Shown here: in pieces, positions 1 through 8,829 of the stretch
How the letters are laid out: each line of letters begins with the position of its first letter
Numbering within the stretch: position 1 is the first letter of the stretch
NCBI RefSeq assembly: GCF_004296515.1
Contig: NZ_AP018160.1
Coordinates: 60,001-92,000, forward strand
Direction: 5' to 3'
Source: Candidatus Saccharimonadota bacterium
GTDB taxonomy: Bacteria; Pseudomonadota; Gammaproteobacteria; Enterobacterales; Enterobacteriaceae
Length of the DNA stretch: 32,000 nucleotides
Notes under the pieces: generated by a model
The model's input: only the letters and a program-made list of their open reading frames with translations
Told to the model about the DNA's origin: nothing
The model's database searches: none
Program-made: the position numbers and the translations under genes

Positions 1-272
1 GATAAACAAAATATTGTAATTTTATTTAAATTTTTAAAATTATTAAATTTATTTATATTAAAATCTTCAAGTAGGTAAAAATCAGAACCAATTATAGGTT
101 TTATTCCATTAAAACAACAACTTTTATAAAATTCTATTACTCCAAATAAGTTAGAAAAATCATTTATGGCTATAGATGAATAATTAAATTTATTAGCTAA
201 ATTTATTAAATCATCTATTTTAATTAAACTATCAAATATAGAATATTCACTATGTATATTTAAATGAACAAA
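1..272 (-). CDS. dnaE: DNA polymerase III alpha subunit, N-terminal fragment (continues beyond the window start)
   Basis: Not in the ORF track because it runs off the window. The reverse complement from 272 reads MNEFVHLNIHSEYSIFDSLIKIDDLINLANKFNYSSIAINDFSNLFGVIEFYKSCCFNGIKPIIGSDF... This matches the PHP-domain N-terminus of E. coli DnaE (..FVHLRVHSDYSMIDGLAK..ALAITDFTNLCGLVKFY..GIKPIVGADF). An alternative ATG lies at 268. It sits downstream of bamA, as in the E. coli bamA...dnaE block. Confidence 0.85.
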
Positions 273-287
273 TTCATTCATTTTATT

Positions 288-2735
288 TTACCATTTTTTG
301 TTTATACTAAATTGAAATTTTTCCATTTTTTCATAAGGAGAACATTTTAATATAGGAATAATATAAGAAAAATTAATTAATCCTGTTGAAGAAGCTATTC
401 TAAATGTTAAACCAGTAGATAGATGTACATGTCTCATATATTCATATTCAAAAATATTAATAAATGATTCTAATAAATTATCTATTTCTTTTTTAGATTG
501 AATTTCAAATCCAAAATCCATAAAATAAGATAGACGAGCAATATTATTATATTTATAACCTAATAAAGTTTCTGTAGGTATACATAATTCATTTTTTATA
601 ATTATTTTAATATCACTAAATATATTATCTCTTTCTAATATAGAACTATCTATATAATTTACACATTCAAAAACATAGTCACTTGGATCTTCTTTAAAAC
701 CTCTAACTAAATCTATTTTATCTAAATAAAAATAATTATAAAATGGAATATTTTTTTTAAATAAATTACATATTGAATATATTTGAGTTTTATTAAAAAA
801 TGTTAAATTCATGAAATCAAGATTTGTAAAATAATTTTCAAATGTAATATTACATATGTAATATTTATTATCTGATATTAAAGGTAATGTAGATTTACAA
901 TTTAATGTAAATTTTTTTCCATTTGTAGGAAAAATATTATGATTTAAACTGTCATAATTAAAAGATGCAAAAAATAAAAAATCATATGATTTATTTAATA
1001 TAGGTAAAAATCTATTATAAATTTCTTCATTATCTAAAAAGAAATCTTTTAGAAAACTTAAACTAATTACTTCATCAAATATAAAATAATCATAATAATT
1101 AACTTTTGTTTCATTTATATGAAATATTAATTCATAATCAGACCAAAAAGAATTATACATAGGTAAATTTATAAAATTAGAAATTCCATAATTAATATTT
1201 AGTAAACTATAATATTCATTTTCTTTTAAAAAACTAGAATAAAATATTTTACTACCAGATTTTATTCTTTCATCATTAAAAAAATATGGATCACTAATTA
1301 TAAACTCTACATTAGCTTTATCTTTATTATAATTAATAATTAATGATATTAAACTATTTTTACATAAAAAATTACTTTTTATAAAATCAAGTTTAATATT
1401 TGGATTATAATTTTCATTTAAACTTAAACCTACCTTAAATCCACTAGTATTCATTTCACTTATATCAAATAATAAATCAACTAATTTAGTACTACTAATA
1501 TTATTTTCTAAAGATATAGTTTTAACATCTATTTTTTTAAATAATTTTAATTTATTTAATCTATCAACATCATCACATATTAAATTAATATTTAATGTAG
1601 AAAATTCAGATTGATATATTTCTCTTCTTATAACTTTATCTAATGTATTATTATTACCACTTATTAATATATTTCTTACATTAAATTTATAATTACATAT
1701 AATATTAAATTTTAATTTTTTTTTATCAGTATTATCTATATTAACTATCTTAGTATTAATCATTGGAAATGAATATCCCTTACTAATTAAGAAATCTTTT
1801 ATTTCATTTTTTATTTTTTTTATTTTTTTAATATTAAATACTTTTTTATGTAAATATTTATTTAAAATATTATTTAAGCTATCATAATAACAAGAATCAA
1901 AATCACCAACTAATTCAAAATCATTTATACTATATTTATTACCTTCATATATATATAAATTAATAAATACTTTACTTTTATCTTCTGAAAATGTAATTTT
2001 TTTATCTTTTATAATAAAATCAAAATATCCATTTTCTTCATATAAAGATTTCATTTTATCTAAATCTTCTTCAAAATTTTTTTCTATATATACAGATCTA
2101 AGTATTAAATTCATAAATTTTAATCTATTATTAAAAGATTTGAATTTATTTAATATTTTATTAGATTTTATATTATTATTTCCATTTATACTTATACTTT
2201 TTATAATAGAACTTTTACCTTCATTAAATATAATTTTTAATTTTACTTTATTAGGTGAAATATTTAATAAATCTGTTTCTATTTTAACATTATAATTTCC
2301 TATACTTTTATATAAATTAGATATTAAAGATATTAAATTAAATAATTTATTATTACTTAATTCATCATTTATATATAACTCTTTTTCAATAAATATTTTC
2401 TTTAAAAAATCATTGTTTAATAACTTATTACCTATAAAATCTACTGAAATTATTATAGGATTTTCAATTAATTTTATAATCAAACTACTATTATTTTCAT
2501 TATATAATAATTTCATATGACTAAAATGTTTAGTTGATATAATAGAATTAAATAAATTACTAATATTATTATTATCTATTTTATATTCTTTAATGTAGTA
2601 AAATGGTATTTTAGATATTACATAATCTTTAGATATTCTATATAATCCTTCAATACATACATTTTTAATTATTATATTATCTTCAGCTTTTAGATATCTT
2701 GGTATAATTATTAATATTAATATAAATATATTCAT
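288..2735 (-). CDS. bamA: Outer membrane protein assembly factor BamA (Omp85 family)
   Basis: The 815-aa ORF is the same size as E. coli BamA (810 aa). It has an N-terminal signal-like segment and a POTRA-like start (IIKNVCIEGLYRISKDYV.. vs VVKDIHFEGLQRVAVGAA..). The C-terminus ..EKFQFSINKKW resembles ..QFQFNIGKTW. It lies in syntenic position downstream of uppS. Confidence 0.9.
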   Translation of the reverse strand: MNIFILILIIIPRYLKAEDNIIIKNVCIEGLYRISKDYVISKIPFYYIKEYKIDNNNISNLFNSIISTKHFSHMKLLYNENNSSLIIKLIENPIIISVDFIGNKLLNNDFLKKIFIEKELYINDELSNNKLFNLISLISNLYKSIGNYNVKIETDLLNISPNKVKLKIIFNEGKSSIIKSISINGNNNIKSNKILNKFKSFNNRLKFMNLILRSVYIEKNFEEDLDKMKSLYEENGYFDFIIKDKKITFSEDKSKVFINLYIYEGNKYSINDFELVGDFDSCYYDSLNNILNKYLHKKVFNIKKIKKIKNEIKDFLISKGYSFPMINTKIVNIDNTDKKKLKFNIICNYKFNVRNILISGNNNTLDKVIRREIYQSEFSTLNINLICDDVDRLNKLKLFKKIDVKTISLENNISSTKLVDLLFDISEMNTSGFKVGLSLNENYNPNIKLDFIKSNFLCKNSLISLIINYNKDKANVEFIISDPYFFNDERIKSGSKIFYSSFLKENEYYSLLNINYGISNFINLPMYNSFWSDYELIFHINETKVNYYDYFIFDEVISLSFLKDFFLDNEEIYNRFLPILNKSYDFLFFASFNYDSLNHNIFPTNGKKFTLNCKSTLPLISDNKYYICNITFENYFTNLDFMNLTFFNKTQIYSICNLFKKNIPFYNYFYLDKIDLVRGFKEDPSDYVFECVNYIDSSILERDNIFSDIKIIIKNELCIPTETLLGYKYNNIARLSYFMDFGFEIQSKKEIDNLLESFINIFEYEYMRHVHLSTGLTFRIASSTGLINFSYIIPILKCSPYEKMEKFQFSINKKW

Positions 2736-2782
2736 AAATTTAAAATTATTTAATTAAAGATTTATTAAATAGATAAATCTAT

Positions 2783-3532
2783 TTAATATAATTTTCCAAA
2801 CTTTCTATTTCTTTTATAAAAATTTTTTATAGCATTATAAAAATCTATTTTATTAAAATCTGGCCATAATACATCTGTAAAATATAATTCAGAATAAGCT
2901 ATTTGCCATAATAAAAAATTACTTATTCTTTTTTCACCTCCAGTTCTTATTACTAAATCTATAGGTGGACAATCATTTATACATAAATTATCATTAATAA
3001 TAGATTCATTTATATCATTAATAGATAATATTTTGTAATCTATTTTATTTAATACTTTTTTAAATGATTCTATTATATCCCATTTACCTCCATAATTTAT
3101 AGCAATATTTAATATTAATCCAGTATTATTTTTTGTTATTTCTTCAGATTTATATATATTATTTTGAAAATCTTTATCTAATTCTTTTATATTTCCTATA
3201 ATATTTAATTTTATATTATTTTTATTTAAACTATTTATTTCATTTTTTAAAGTTTTATTAAATAATTTAAATAATTCTGATACTTCAGAATATGGTCTGT
3301 TCCAATTTTCACTACTAAATGCATATAAAGTCAATACTTTTAATTTTAAATTAATTGAAAATTTAATTATTGAGTTTATAACTTTTATACCTTTAATATG
3401 TCCATATTTTCTTAATTTACCTTTTTTTTCAGCCCATCTACCATTTCCATCCATTATAATTGCTATATGTTTTATATAATATTTGTAATCTATTTTATTA
3501 TTAAAATTTTTTTTTTCTAAAAAATTAAACAT
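2783..3532 (-). CDS. uppS: Undecaprenyl diphosphate synthase
   Basis: The 249-aa ORF carries the hallmark motifs HIAIIMDGNGRWA, ..TLYAFSSENWNRP.. and ..DLVIRTGGEKRISNFLLWQIAYSELYF.. It sits downstream of frr as in E. coli, but dxr is absent between them. Confidence 0.93.
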   Translation of the reverse strand: MFNFLEKKNFNNKIDYKYYIKHIAIIMDGNGRWAEKKGKLRKYGHIKGIKVINSIIKFSINLKLKVLTLYAFSSENWNRPYSEVSELFKLFNKTLKNEINSLNKNNIKLNIIGNIKELDKDFQNNIYKSEEITKNNTGLILNIAINYGGKWDIIESFKKVLNKIDYKILSINDINESIINDNLCINDCPPIDLVIRTGGEKRISNFLLWQIAYSELYFTDVLWPDFNKIDFYNAIKNFYKRNRKFGKLY

Positions 3533-3553
3533 ATTATTTAAATTAATAATTTA

Positions 3554-4117
3554 TTAAATTTTTAATAAATCTTTCTCTTTATTTTTAATTAAATCATCTA
3601 TATATGTTATATATTTATTAACTTTATCAGTAAAAAATTTATTGTATTTATTAAACTCATCTTCACTTATTTCTTTATTATTTTTTAAATTTTTTATTTT
3701 ATTATTAAAATCTCTTCTTATGTTTCTTATATAAATTTTATTTTTTTCAGAATTTTCTTTAATAATTTTAATTATTTTTATTCTTTTTTCTTCAGTTATA
3801 TCAGAACATACTATTTTTATGTAAGATTCATTACATACATAAACTTTTAAATCTAAATTAGAATCTAATATACAATTTTTTATTTTTTCTAATAAATTTT
3901 TATCAAATGGATTTAAAATTAAAGTTTTAGAATTTTCTTTTGTTATTAATGACAATTTATTTAATTCTTCTATATTATTAAGGTATTTAATTTTTAATTT
4001 ACTTATTAAATTTACAGATATTTTACCAATATTTATATTATCAATATATTTATTAAAATTTTTTATTAAATTATTTATCTTTATATCAGATTCATTAAAA
4101 ATATCTATATTTTTCAT
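3554..4117 (-). CDS. frr: Ribosome recycling factor
   Basis: The 187-aa ORF has the expected size (E. coli 185 aa) and lies between tsf and uppS. It has the Frr-like charged C-terminal half (..IRNIRRDFNNKIKNL..EISEDE..). Confidence 0.85.
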   Translation of the reverse strand: MKNIDIFNESDIKINNLIKNFNKYIDNINIGKISVNLISKLKIKYLNNIEELNKLSLITKENSKTLILNPFDKNLLEKIKNCILDSNLDLKVYVCNESYIKIVCSDITEEKRIKIIKIIKENSEKNKIYIRNIRRDFNNKIKNLKNNKEISEDEFNKYNKFFTDKVNKYITYIDDLIKNKEKDLLKI

Positions 4118-4131
4118 AAATTATTAATTAA

Positions 4132-4950
4132 TTAATTATATTTTAATTCTATTATTTTAAAATTAAATATTTTTAAATTATATTTATTCAATAAATCTTT
4201 TATATTTATATTATTATCAAATATAAATTTTTGTTCTAATAATGAATTATCTATTATAAATTCTTCTATTTTATTTTTTATATATTTATCTTTTTCATTT
4301 TCATTATTATTTTCTTTAAATTTAAATATATCATTTTGTATATAATATTCATTATCTATTATATCTTTTGGTATATTATTTTTACAGATATATTTCGGTT
4401 TATTTGATATAATATGCATTGATATTTTTTTTATTATATCTAAATTATTAATATTACCATGAAAATTAATTATAACACCTATTTTTTTAATATGAACATA
4501 TGAAAAACTAAAATTAGTATTATTAAAAATATATTTTTTTCCAAAGGATATATTTTCATTAAACTCTGATACTAAATTTAATTTATACAAATTAAATTTA
4601 TCATTTATATTATCAAAATTTTCAATTTTATTTTCTATAGAATATTTAATTATTTTATCACAAAAATTATTAAATTTTTCATTATTAGAAACAAAATCGG
4701 TTTCACTATTTATTTCTAATAAAATACTATATTTATAGTCTTTAGAATTACCACATAAAATTTTACCTTTAGAAGGTCTAGATAAACTAATTTTAGAAAA
4801 TTTATCTTTTTTAATGTTAAATGATTTTTTTATTGCTAATGAAATATTAAAATTAGATTCATGTAGTATTTTTTTACATTCTAATAATCCTAAACCTGTT
4901 TTTTTTCTCAATTTTTTTATTAATTCTATATTATCTTTACTCATAATCAT
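4132..4950 (-). CDS. tsf: Elongation factor Ts
   Basis: The 272-aa ORF has the N-terminal UBA-like motif ..LIKKLRKKTGLGLLECKKILHESNFNISLAIKK.. (E. coli [32 protein letters not shown]). It lies immediately downstream of rpsB. The start could instead be the third codon (ATG at 4944). Confidence 0.9.
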   Translation of the reverse strand: MIMSKDNIELIKKLRKKTGLGLLECKKILHESNFNISLAIKKSFNIKKDKFSKISLSRPSKGKILCGNSKDYKYSILLEINSETDFVSNNEKFNNFCDKIIKYSIENKIENFDNINDKFNLYKLNLVSEFNENISFGKKYIFNNTNFSFSYVHIKKIGVIINFHGNINNLDIIKKISMHIISNKPKYICKNNIPKDIIDNEYYIQNDIFKFKENNNENEKDKYIKNKIEEFIIDNSLLEQKFIFDNNINIKDLLNKYNLKIFNFKIIELKYN

Positions 4951-4959
4951 AAATTTATT

Positions 4960-5634
4960 TTAATTGTTTAAATAATTATAAATATTATTTAAATAAAAAT
5001 TTGCTGATTTTTTAGAATCATCATTACCAGGTATTATAAAATCTATTTTATCTGGATTTGAATTAGTATCTGCTATAGCAAATACTGGTATTTTTAATTT
5101 ATTTGCTTCTTCTATAGCTATTTTTTCATTTATTGTATCTATTATAAATAAAACATCAGGTAAACTATTCATATTTTTTATACCTAATAAATTTTTTTTT
5201 AATTTATTTATATTTTTATAATAAATACTTAATTCCTTTTTAGTAAATTTTTTAACTATATTTTTATCTTCGTATTTATCTTCTAATAATTTTAATTTTT
5301 TGATAGATTTTTTTATTGTTTTCCAATTGGTTAATGTTCCACCAAGCCATCTATTATTTATAAAATATTGTTTACACTTACAAGCTATATCTTCTATAGA
5401 TTCATTAAATATTTTTTTAGTACCAACAAATAATATTTTTCCCTTTTTATCATGTATTTTTTTTAATTCTATCAAAGCTATTTTAAATAATTCTATAGTT
5501 TTATCTAAATTTATTATATGTATATTATTATATATTCCAAATATATATGGTTTCATTTTAGGATTCCAATTTTTTATATTATGTCCAAAATGAATACCAA
5601 GATTTATCATTTCTTCTATACAAAAATCAATCAT
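4960..5634 (-). CDS. rpsB: 30S ribosomal protein S2
   Basis: The 224-aa ORF has MINLGIHFGHNIKNWNPKMKPYIFG..IHIINLDKT.. and ..NRWLGGTLTNWKTI.. typical of S2. A GAGGA Shine-Dalgarno lies upstream of the start on the minus strand, and the gene is divergent from map as in E. coli. Confidence 0.95.
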   Translation of the reverse strand: MIDFCIEEMINLGIHFGHNIKNWNPKMKPYIFGIYNNIHIINLDKTIELFKIALIELKKIHDKKGKILFVGTKKIFNESIEDIACKCKQYFINNRWLGGTLTNWKTIKKSIKKLKLLEDKYEDKNIVKKFTKKELSIYYKNINKLKKNLLGIKNMNSLPDVLFIIDTINEKIAIEEANKLKIPVFAIADTNSNPDKIDFIIPGNDDSKKSANFYLNNIYNYLNN

Positions 5635-5751
5635 TTAATATCCTCAATATATTTATAATATAAATTATATTATAATTATATAATATTATTTATTAATAAT
5701 TAAATATAATATATATTTATTATTATTTTAATTAAATTTATATTATTTAAT

Positions 5752-6525
5752 ATGATAAATTTAGATACAGAATTAGAAAAAATGTTAATAGTAGGAAATT
5801 TAGCTTCTAAAGTTTTAGATATGATAAAATTATATATAAAACCAGGAATATCTACTGGAGAGTTGAATGATATATGTAATTTATATATAGAAAAAAAATT
5901 AAATGCAAAGTCTGCAATATTAAATTATAAAGGATTTCCAAAATCTATATGTACATCTATAAATGAAGTAGTATGTCATGGAATTCCAGATAATAATAGA
6001 TATATAAAAGAAGGTGATATTTTAAATATAGATGTAACTATTTTTAAAGATGGATTTTATGGAGATACATCTAAAATGTTTTGTGTTGGTAAAGTTTCTA
6101 AAATAGCTAGTAGATTGTGTTTAGTTGCTAAAAAAAGTTTATATTTAGCAATAAAAAATATATATCCTGGAATAAAATTAAATACTATTGGTAAAATAAT
6201 AGAAAATTTTGTAGAATTTAATGGATTTTATGTAGTAAAAGATTATTGTGGACATGGAATAGGAAAAAAATTTCATGATAATCCTCAAGTTTTACATTAT
6301 TATTCAGATTATAATAATTATGTATTAAAACCAGGAATGGCTATAACAATAGAACCAATGATAAATACTATTAGTGATGGTGTAAAATTAATGAAAGATG
6401 GTTGGACTGTAAAAACTAAAGATCATGGATTATCTGCACAATATGAACATACTATATTAATAACAAAAAATGGATATTTAGTAACAACATTAAGAGATAA
6501 TGAAAAAATAGATTTTATAATTTAA
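5752..6525 (+). CDS. map: Methionine aminopeptidase (type I)
   Basis: The 257-aa ORF has the pita-bread fold motifs ..VCHGIP.., ..NIDVT..DGFYGDTSKMF.., ..YCGHGIG..FH.., ..ITIEPM.. and ..SAQYEHTILIT.. with the metal ligands in place. Confidence 0.95.
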   Translation: MINLDTELEKMLIVGNLASKVLDMIKLYIKPGISTGELNDICNLYIEKKLNAKSAILNYKGFPKSICTSINEVVCHGIPDNNRYIKEGDILNIDVTIFKDGFYGDTSKMFCVGKVSKIASRLCLVAKKSLYLAIKNIYPGIKLNTIGKIIENFVEFNGFYVVKDYCGHGIGKKFHDNPQVLHYYSDYNNYVLKPGMAITIEPMINTISDGVKLMKDGWTVKTKDHGLSAQYEHTILITKNGYLVTTLRDNEKIDFII

Positions 6526-6560
6526 TTAATATTATTAATATTTAATTATTTAAATATTTA

Positions 6561-6631
6561 CAGGGGTACCAGGATTTGAACCTGGGATCACGGGATCAAA
6601 ACCCGTTGCCTTTCCTCTTGGCTATACCCCA
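6561..6631 (-). tRNA. tRNA-Gln (anticodon UUG)
   Basis: The reverse complement tggggtatagccaagaggaaaggcaacgggttttgatcccgtgatcccaggttcaaatcctggtacccctg folds as a cloverleaf. The anticodon arm is acggg/ttTTGat/cccgt and the T arm is ccagg/ttcaaat/cctgg. It has G73 and an unpaired U1.U72, consistent with GlnRS identity. No 3' CCA is encoded. Confidence 0.9.
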
Positions 6632-6643
6632 TTTATTTTAAAG

Positions 6644-6717
6644 TACGGGAGACGAGACTCGAACTCGTAAATATCTAGGATCTAAATCTAGTGCGTATAC
6701 CTTTTCGCCACTCCCGC
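6644..6717 (-). tRNA. tRNA-Leu (anticodon UAG) with an unusually short variable region
   Basis: The reverse complement is gcgggagtggcgaaaaggtatacgcactagatttagatcctagatatttacgagttcgagtctcgtctcccgta. It is near-identical to E. coli leuW in the acceptor, D and T arms, with anticodon loop ttTAGat and A73. Only about 6 nt (atattt) lie between the anticodon and T stems, giving 74 nt in total. No CCA is encoded. Confidence 0.8.
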
Positions 6718-6729
6718 TAAAAAACTTCT

Positions 6730-6804
6730 TAGCTACGACAGGAATCGAACCTGTGACATCAGCGTTATGAATGCTGTGCTCTAACCAAACTGAGCTACGT
6801 AGCT
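6730..6804 (-). tRNA. tRNA-Met, elongator type (anticodon CAU)
   Basis: The reverse complement agctacgtagctcagtttggttagagcacagcattcataacgctgatgtcacaggttcgattcctgtcgtagcta closely resembles E. coli metT (GGCUACGUAGCUCAGUUGGUUAGAGCACA...GUCACAGGUUCGAAUCC). The Met-Leu-Gln order equals the E. coli metT-leuW-glnU operon near glnS. Assignment as Met rather than Ile2 or fMet is by similarity only. Confidence 0.85.
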
Positions 6805-6873
6805 CTATTATTTAAAATATATTATATATTTTAAAAATTATTAAATCAAATAAATTAGAATAATAAATTAAAT

Positions 6874-8514
6874 ATGAATGATTATGATTTATATTTTAAT
6901 AATTATATTATAAAAATAATAGATAAAGATATAAAAAATAATAAAAATTTAAAAATAAAAACAAGATTTCCACCTGAACCTAATGGATATTTACATATAG
7001 GACATGCTAAATCTATATTTTTAAATTTTTTAATAGCTAATAAATATAATGGTGAATGTAATTTAAGATTTGATGATACAAATCCATTAAATATAAAAAA
7101 TAAGTATATAAACTCTATAAAAAAAGATATAGATTGGTTAGGTTTTAAAAATAAATATAATGTATCATATACATCAGATTATTTTGATGAAATATTTAAT
7201 TTTGCTATTAAATTAATAAATAAAAATTTAGCATATATTGATAAATTAACTATAAATAAAATAAAAATTTATAGAGGAAATCTTAATAAAATAGGTATAG
7301 ATAGTCCATATAGAAATAATTCAATAAGTGAAAATATTGATTACTTTATTAAAATGAGAAATGGATATTTTAAAGAAAATGAAATTTGTTTAAGAGCAAA
7401 AATAGATATGAAATCTAAATCTTTATTAATGAGAGATCCAATTTTATATAGAGTAAAATTTACATATCATAAAAGAACCAAAAATAAATGGTGTATATAT
7501 CCTACATACGATTTTTCTCATTGTATATGTGATTTTTTAGAAAATATAACTCATTCATTATGTACATTAGAATTTGAAGAAAATAAAAAATTATATAATT
7601 GGATATTAAATAATATTGATATAAATGGTTTTATACCTAAACAATATGAATTTTCAAGATTAAATCTAGAATATAATATTTTATCTAAAAGAAAAATTAA
7701 TTTTTTAATTAATAAAAAAATTATAAATAAATGGTATGATCCAAGAATATGTACTATATCTGGATTAAGAAATAGAGGATATACTCCTAATTCTATAAAA
7801 GTATTTTGTAAAAAAATAGGAGTAACTAAGAAAAATAGTAACATAAACATTAATATATTAGAAAACTGTATAAAAACTGACTTATATGAGAATTCATATA
7901 GAATTATGTCTGTTATTGATCCTATAAAATTAATAATAGAAAATTTAAATGATAACTATGAAGAAGAAATATATGTTCCTAATTTTCCTAATAAAAAATT
8001 ATCTAGCAATAGAAAAATAGTTTTTACTAAAATAATATATATAGAAAAATCAGATTTTTGTGAATGTTTATCAAATACATGTAATAAATTTTCTATAGGT
8101 AAAATAATAAAATTAAGATATTCATATATAATATGTGCAAAAAAAATATTTAAAGACAAAAAAGGTAATATAAAAAGTATATTATGTTTTTTATATGAAA
8201 ATACAGTTAATTCTATATATTTAAATAATATTAAAATAAATAAAATAATTCATTGGGTATCATATAAAAAAAAAATAAATTCAACTTTTTATATTTATGA
8301 AAATTTATTTTTAGATAAATATCCATATAAAAATAAAAATATATTAAATATAATAAATAAAAATTCATTAATAATAAAAAATGGATTTATAGAAAAAAGC
8401 AATAATAAAATTATTAAGAATAGAATATATCAATTTGAAAGAATTGGATACTTTTATACAAAATTATATTATAAAGATAAAAATTTGATATTTTTTAATA
8501 TAGTAAATATTTAA
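6874..8514 (+). CDS. glnS: Glutaminyl-tRNA synthetase
   Basis: The 546-aa ORF has class I motifs: HIGH (RFPPEPNGYLHIGHAKS) and an MSK-like motif (ILSKRK). It also has ..CIYPTYDFSHC..ITHSLCTLEF.. as in E. coli GlnRS. Confidence 0.95.
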   Translation: MNDYDLYFNNYIIKIIDKDIKNNKNLKIKTRFPPEPNGYLHIGHAKSIFLNFLIANKYNGECNLRFDDTNPLNIKNKYINSIKKDIDWLGFKNKYNVSYTSDYFDEIFNFAIKLINKNLAYIDKLTINKIKIYRGNLNKIGIDSPYRNNSISENIDYFIKMRNGYFKENEICLRAKIDMKSKSLLMRDPILYRVKFTYHKRTKNKWCIYPTYDFSHCICDFLENITHSLCTLEFEENKKLYNWILNNIDINGFIPKQYEFSRLNLEYNILSKRKINFLINKKIINKWYDPRICTISGLRNRGYTPNSIKVFCKKIGVTKKNSNININILENCIKTDLYENSYRIMSVIDPIKLIIENLNDNYEEEIYVPNFPNKKLSSNRKIVFTKIIYIEKSDFCECLSNTCNKFSIGKIIKLRYSYIICAKKIFKDKKGNIKSILCFLYENTVNSIYLNNIKINKIIHWVSYKKKINSTFYIYENLFLDKYPYKNKNILNIINKNSLIIKNGFIEKSNNKIIKNRIYQFERIGYFYTKLYYKDKNLIFFNIVNI

Positions 8515-8522
8515 TTTTTTAT

Positions 8523-8559
8523 TACATTTCCTTACTTAAAAACGAAGTAAGGAAATGTA
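8523..8559. terminator. Perfect 15-bp inverted repeat (stem 8523-8537 / 8545-8559, 7-nt loop) between convergent glnS and the small ORF
   Basis: tacatttccttactt-aaaaacg-aagtaaggaaatgta is read directly from the sequence. It has 5 G:C pairs in an otherwise nearly G/C-free context, with a T-rich tract downstream on the + strand. It overlaps the last codons of ORF 8532-8801. Confidence 0.5.
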
Positions 8560-8801
8560 TCTATTTCATTAATTTTTTTATTTTTACTAAATTTTTCTAT
8601 ATATAAATTATATTCATCTTTATTTTCAAGAAACAATATATCTTTAGGTATTTTTATATAAAAATTTTTATCTTTATTATATTTTAATATAAGTTTGAAA
8701 TCTTTTAAATTTCTATAATTTAATACTCTATTAAAATTTATATAAGAAAAAGATACTTTAGGATATAAAAAAAACATTATACTAATTAAATATTTATACA
8801 T
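8532..8801 (-). CDS. Hypothetical small protein (89 aa) with a hydrophobic, signal-peptide-like N-terminus
   Basis: An open frame of 89 codons lies in a genome where random frames close quickly, 28 bp downstream of the porin gene on the same strand. The N-terminus is MYKYLISIMFFLYPKVSFS. I recognise no homolog and the RBS is weak. Confidence 0.35.
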   Translation of the reverse strand: MYKYLISIMFFLYPKVSFSYINFNRVLNYRNLKDFKLILKYNKDKNFYIKIPKDILFLENKDEYNLYIEKFSKNKKINEIDTFPYFVFK

Positions 8802-8829
8802 AAATTAAGTCTCATATTTAAAATTTAAA

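Noticed and set aside
5300-5593. 97-aa ORF on the + strand inside rpsB
   Set aside because: It is entirely antisense to the well-supported rpsB gene. It is a low-complexity Ile/Phe/Leu-rich translation typical of the reverse frame of an A+T-rich gene, with no homology recognised.
7551-8159. Two minus-strand ORFs (7551-7850, 7956-8159) inside glnS
   Set aside because: They are antisense shadows of glnS with hydrophobic low-complexity translations and no independent start or RBS support.
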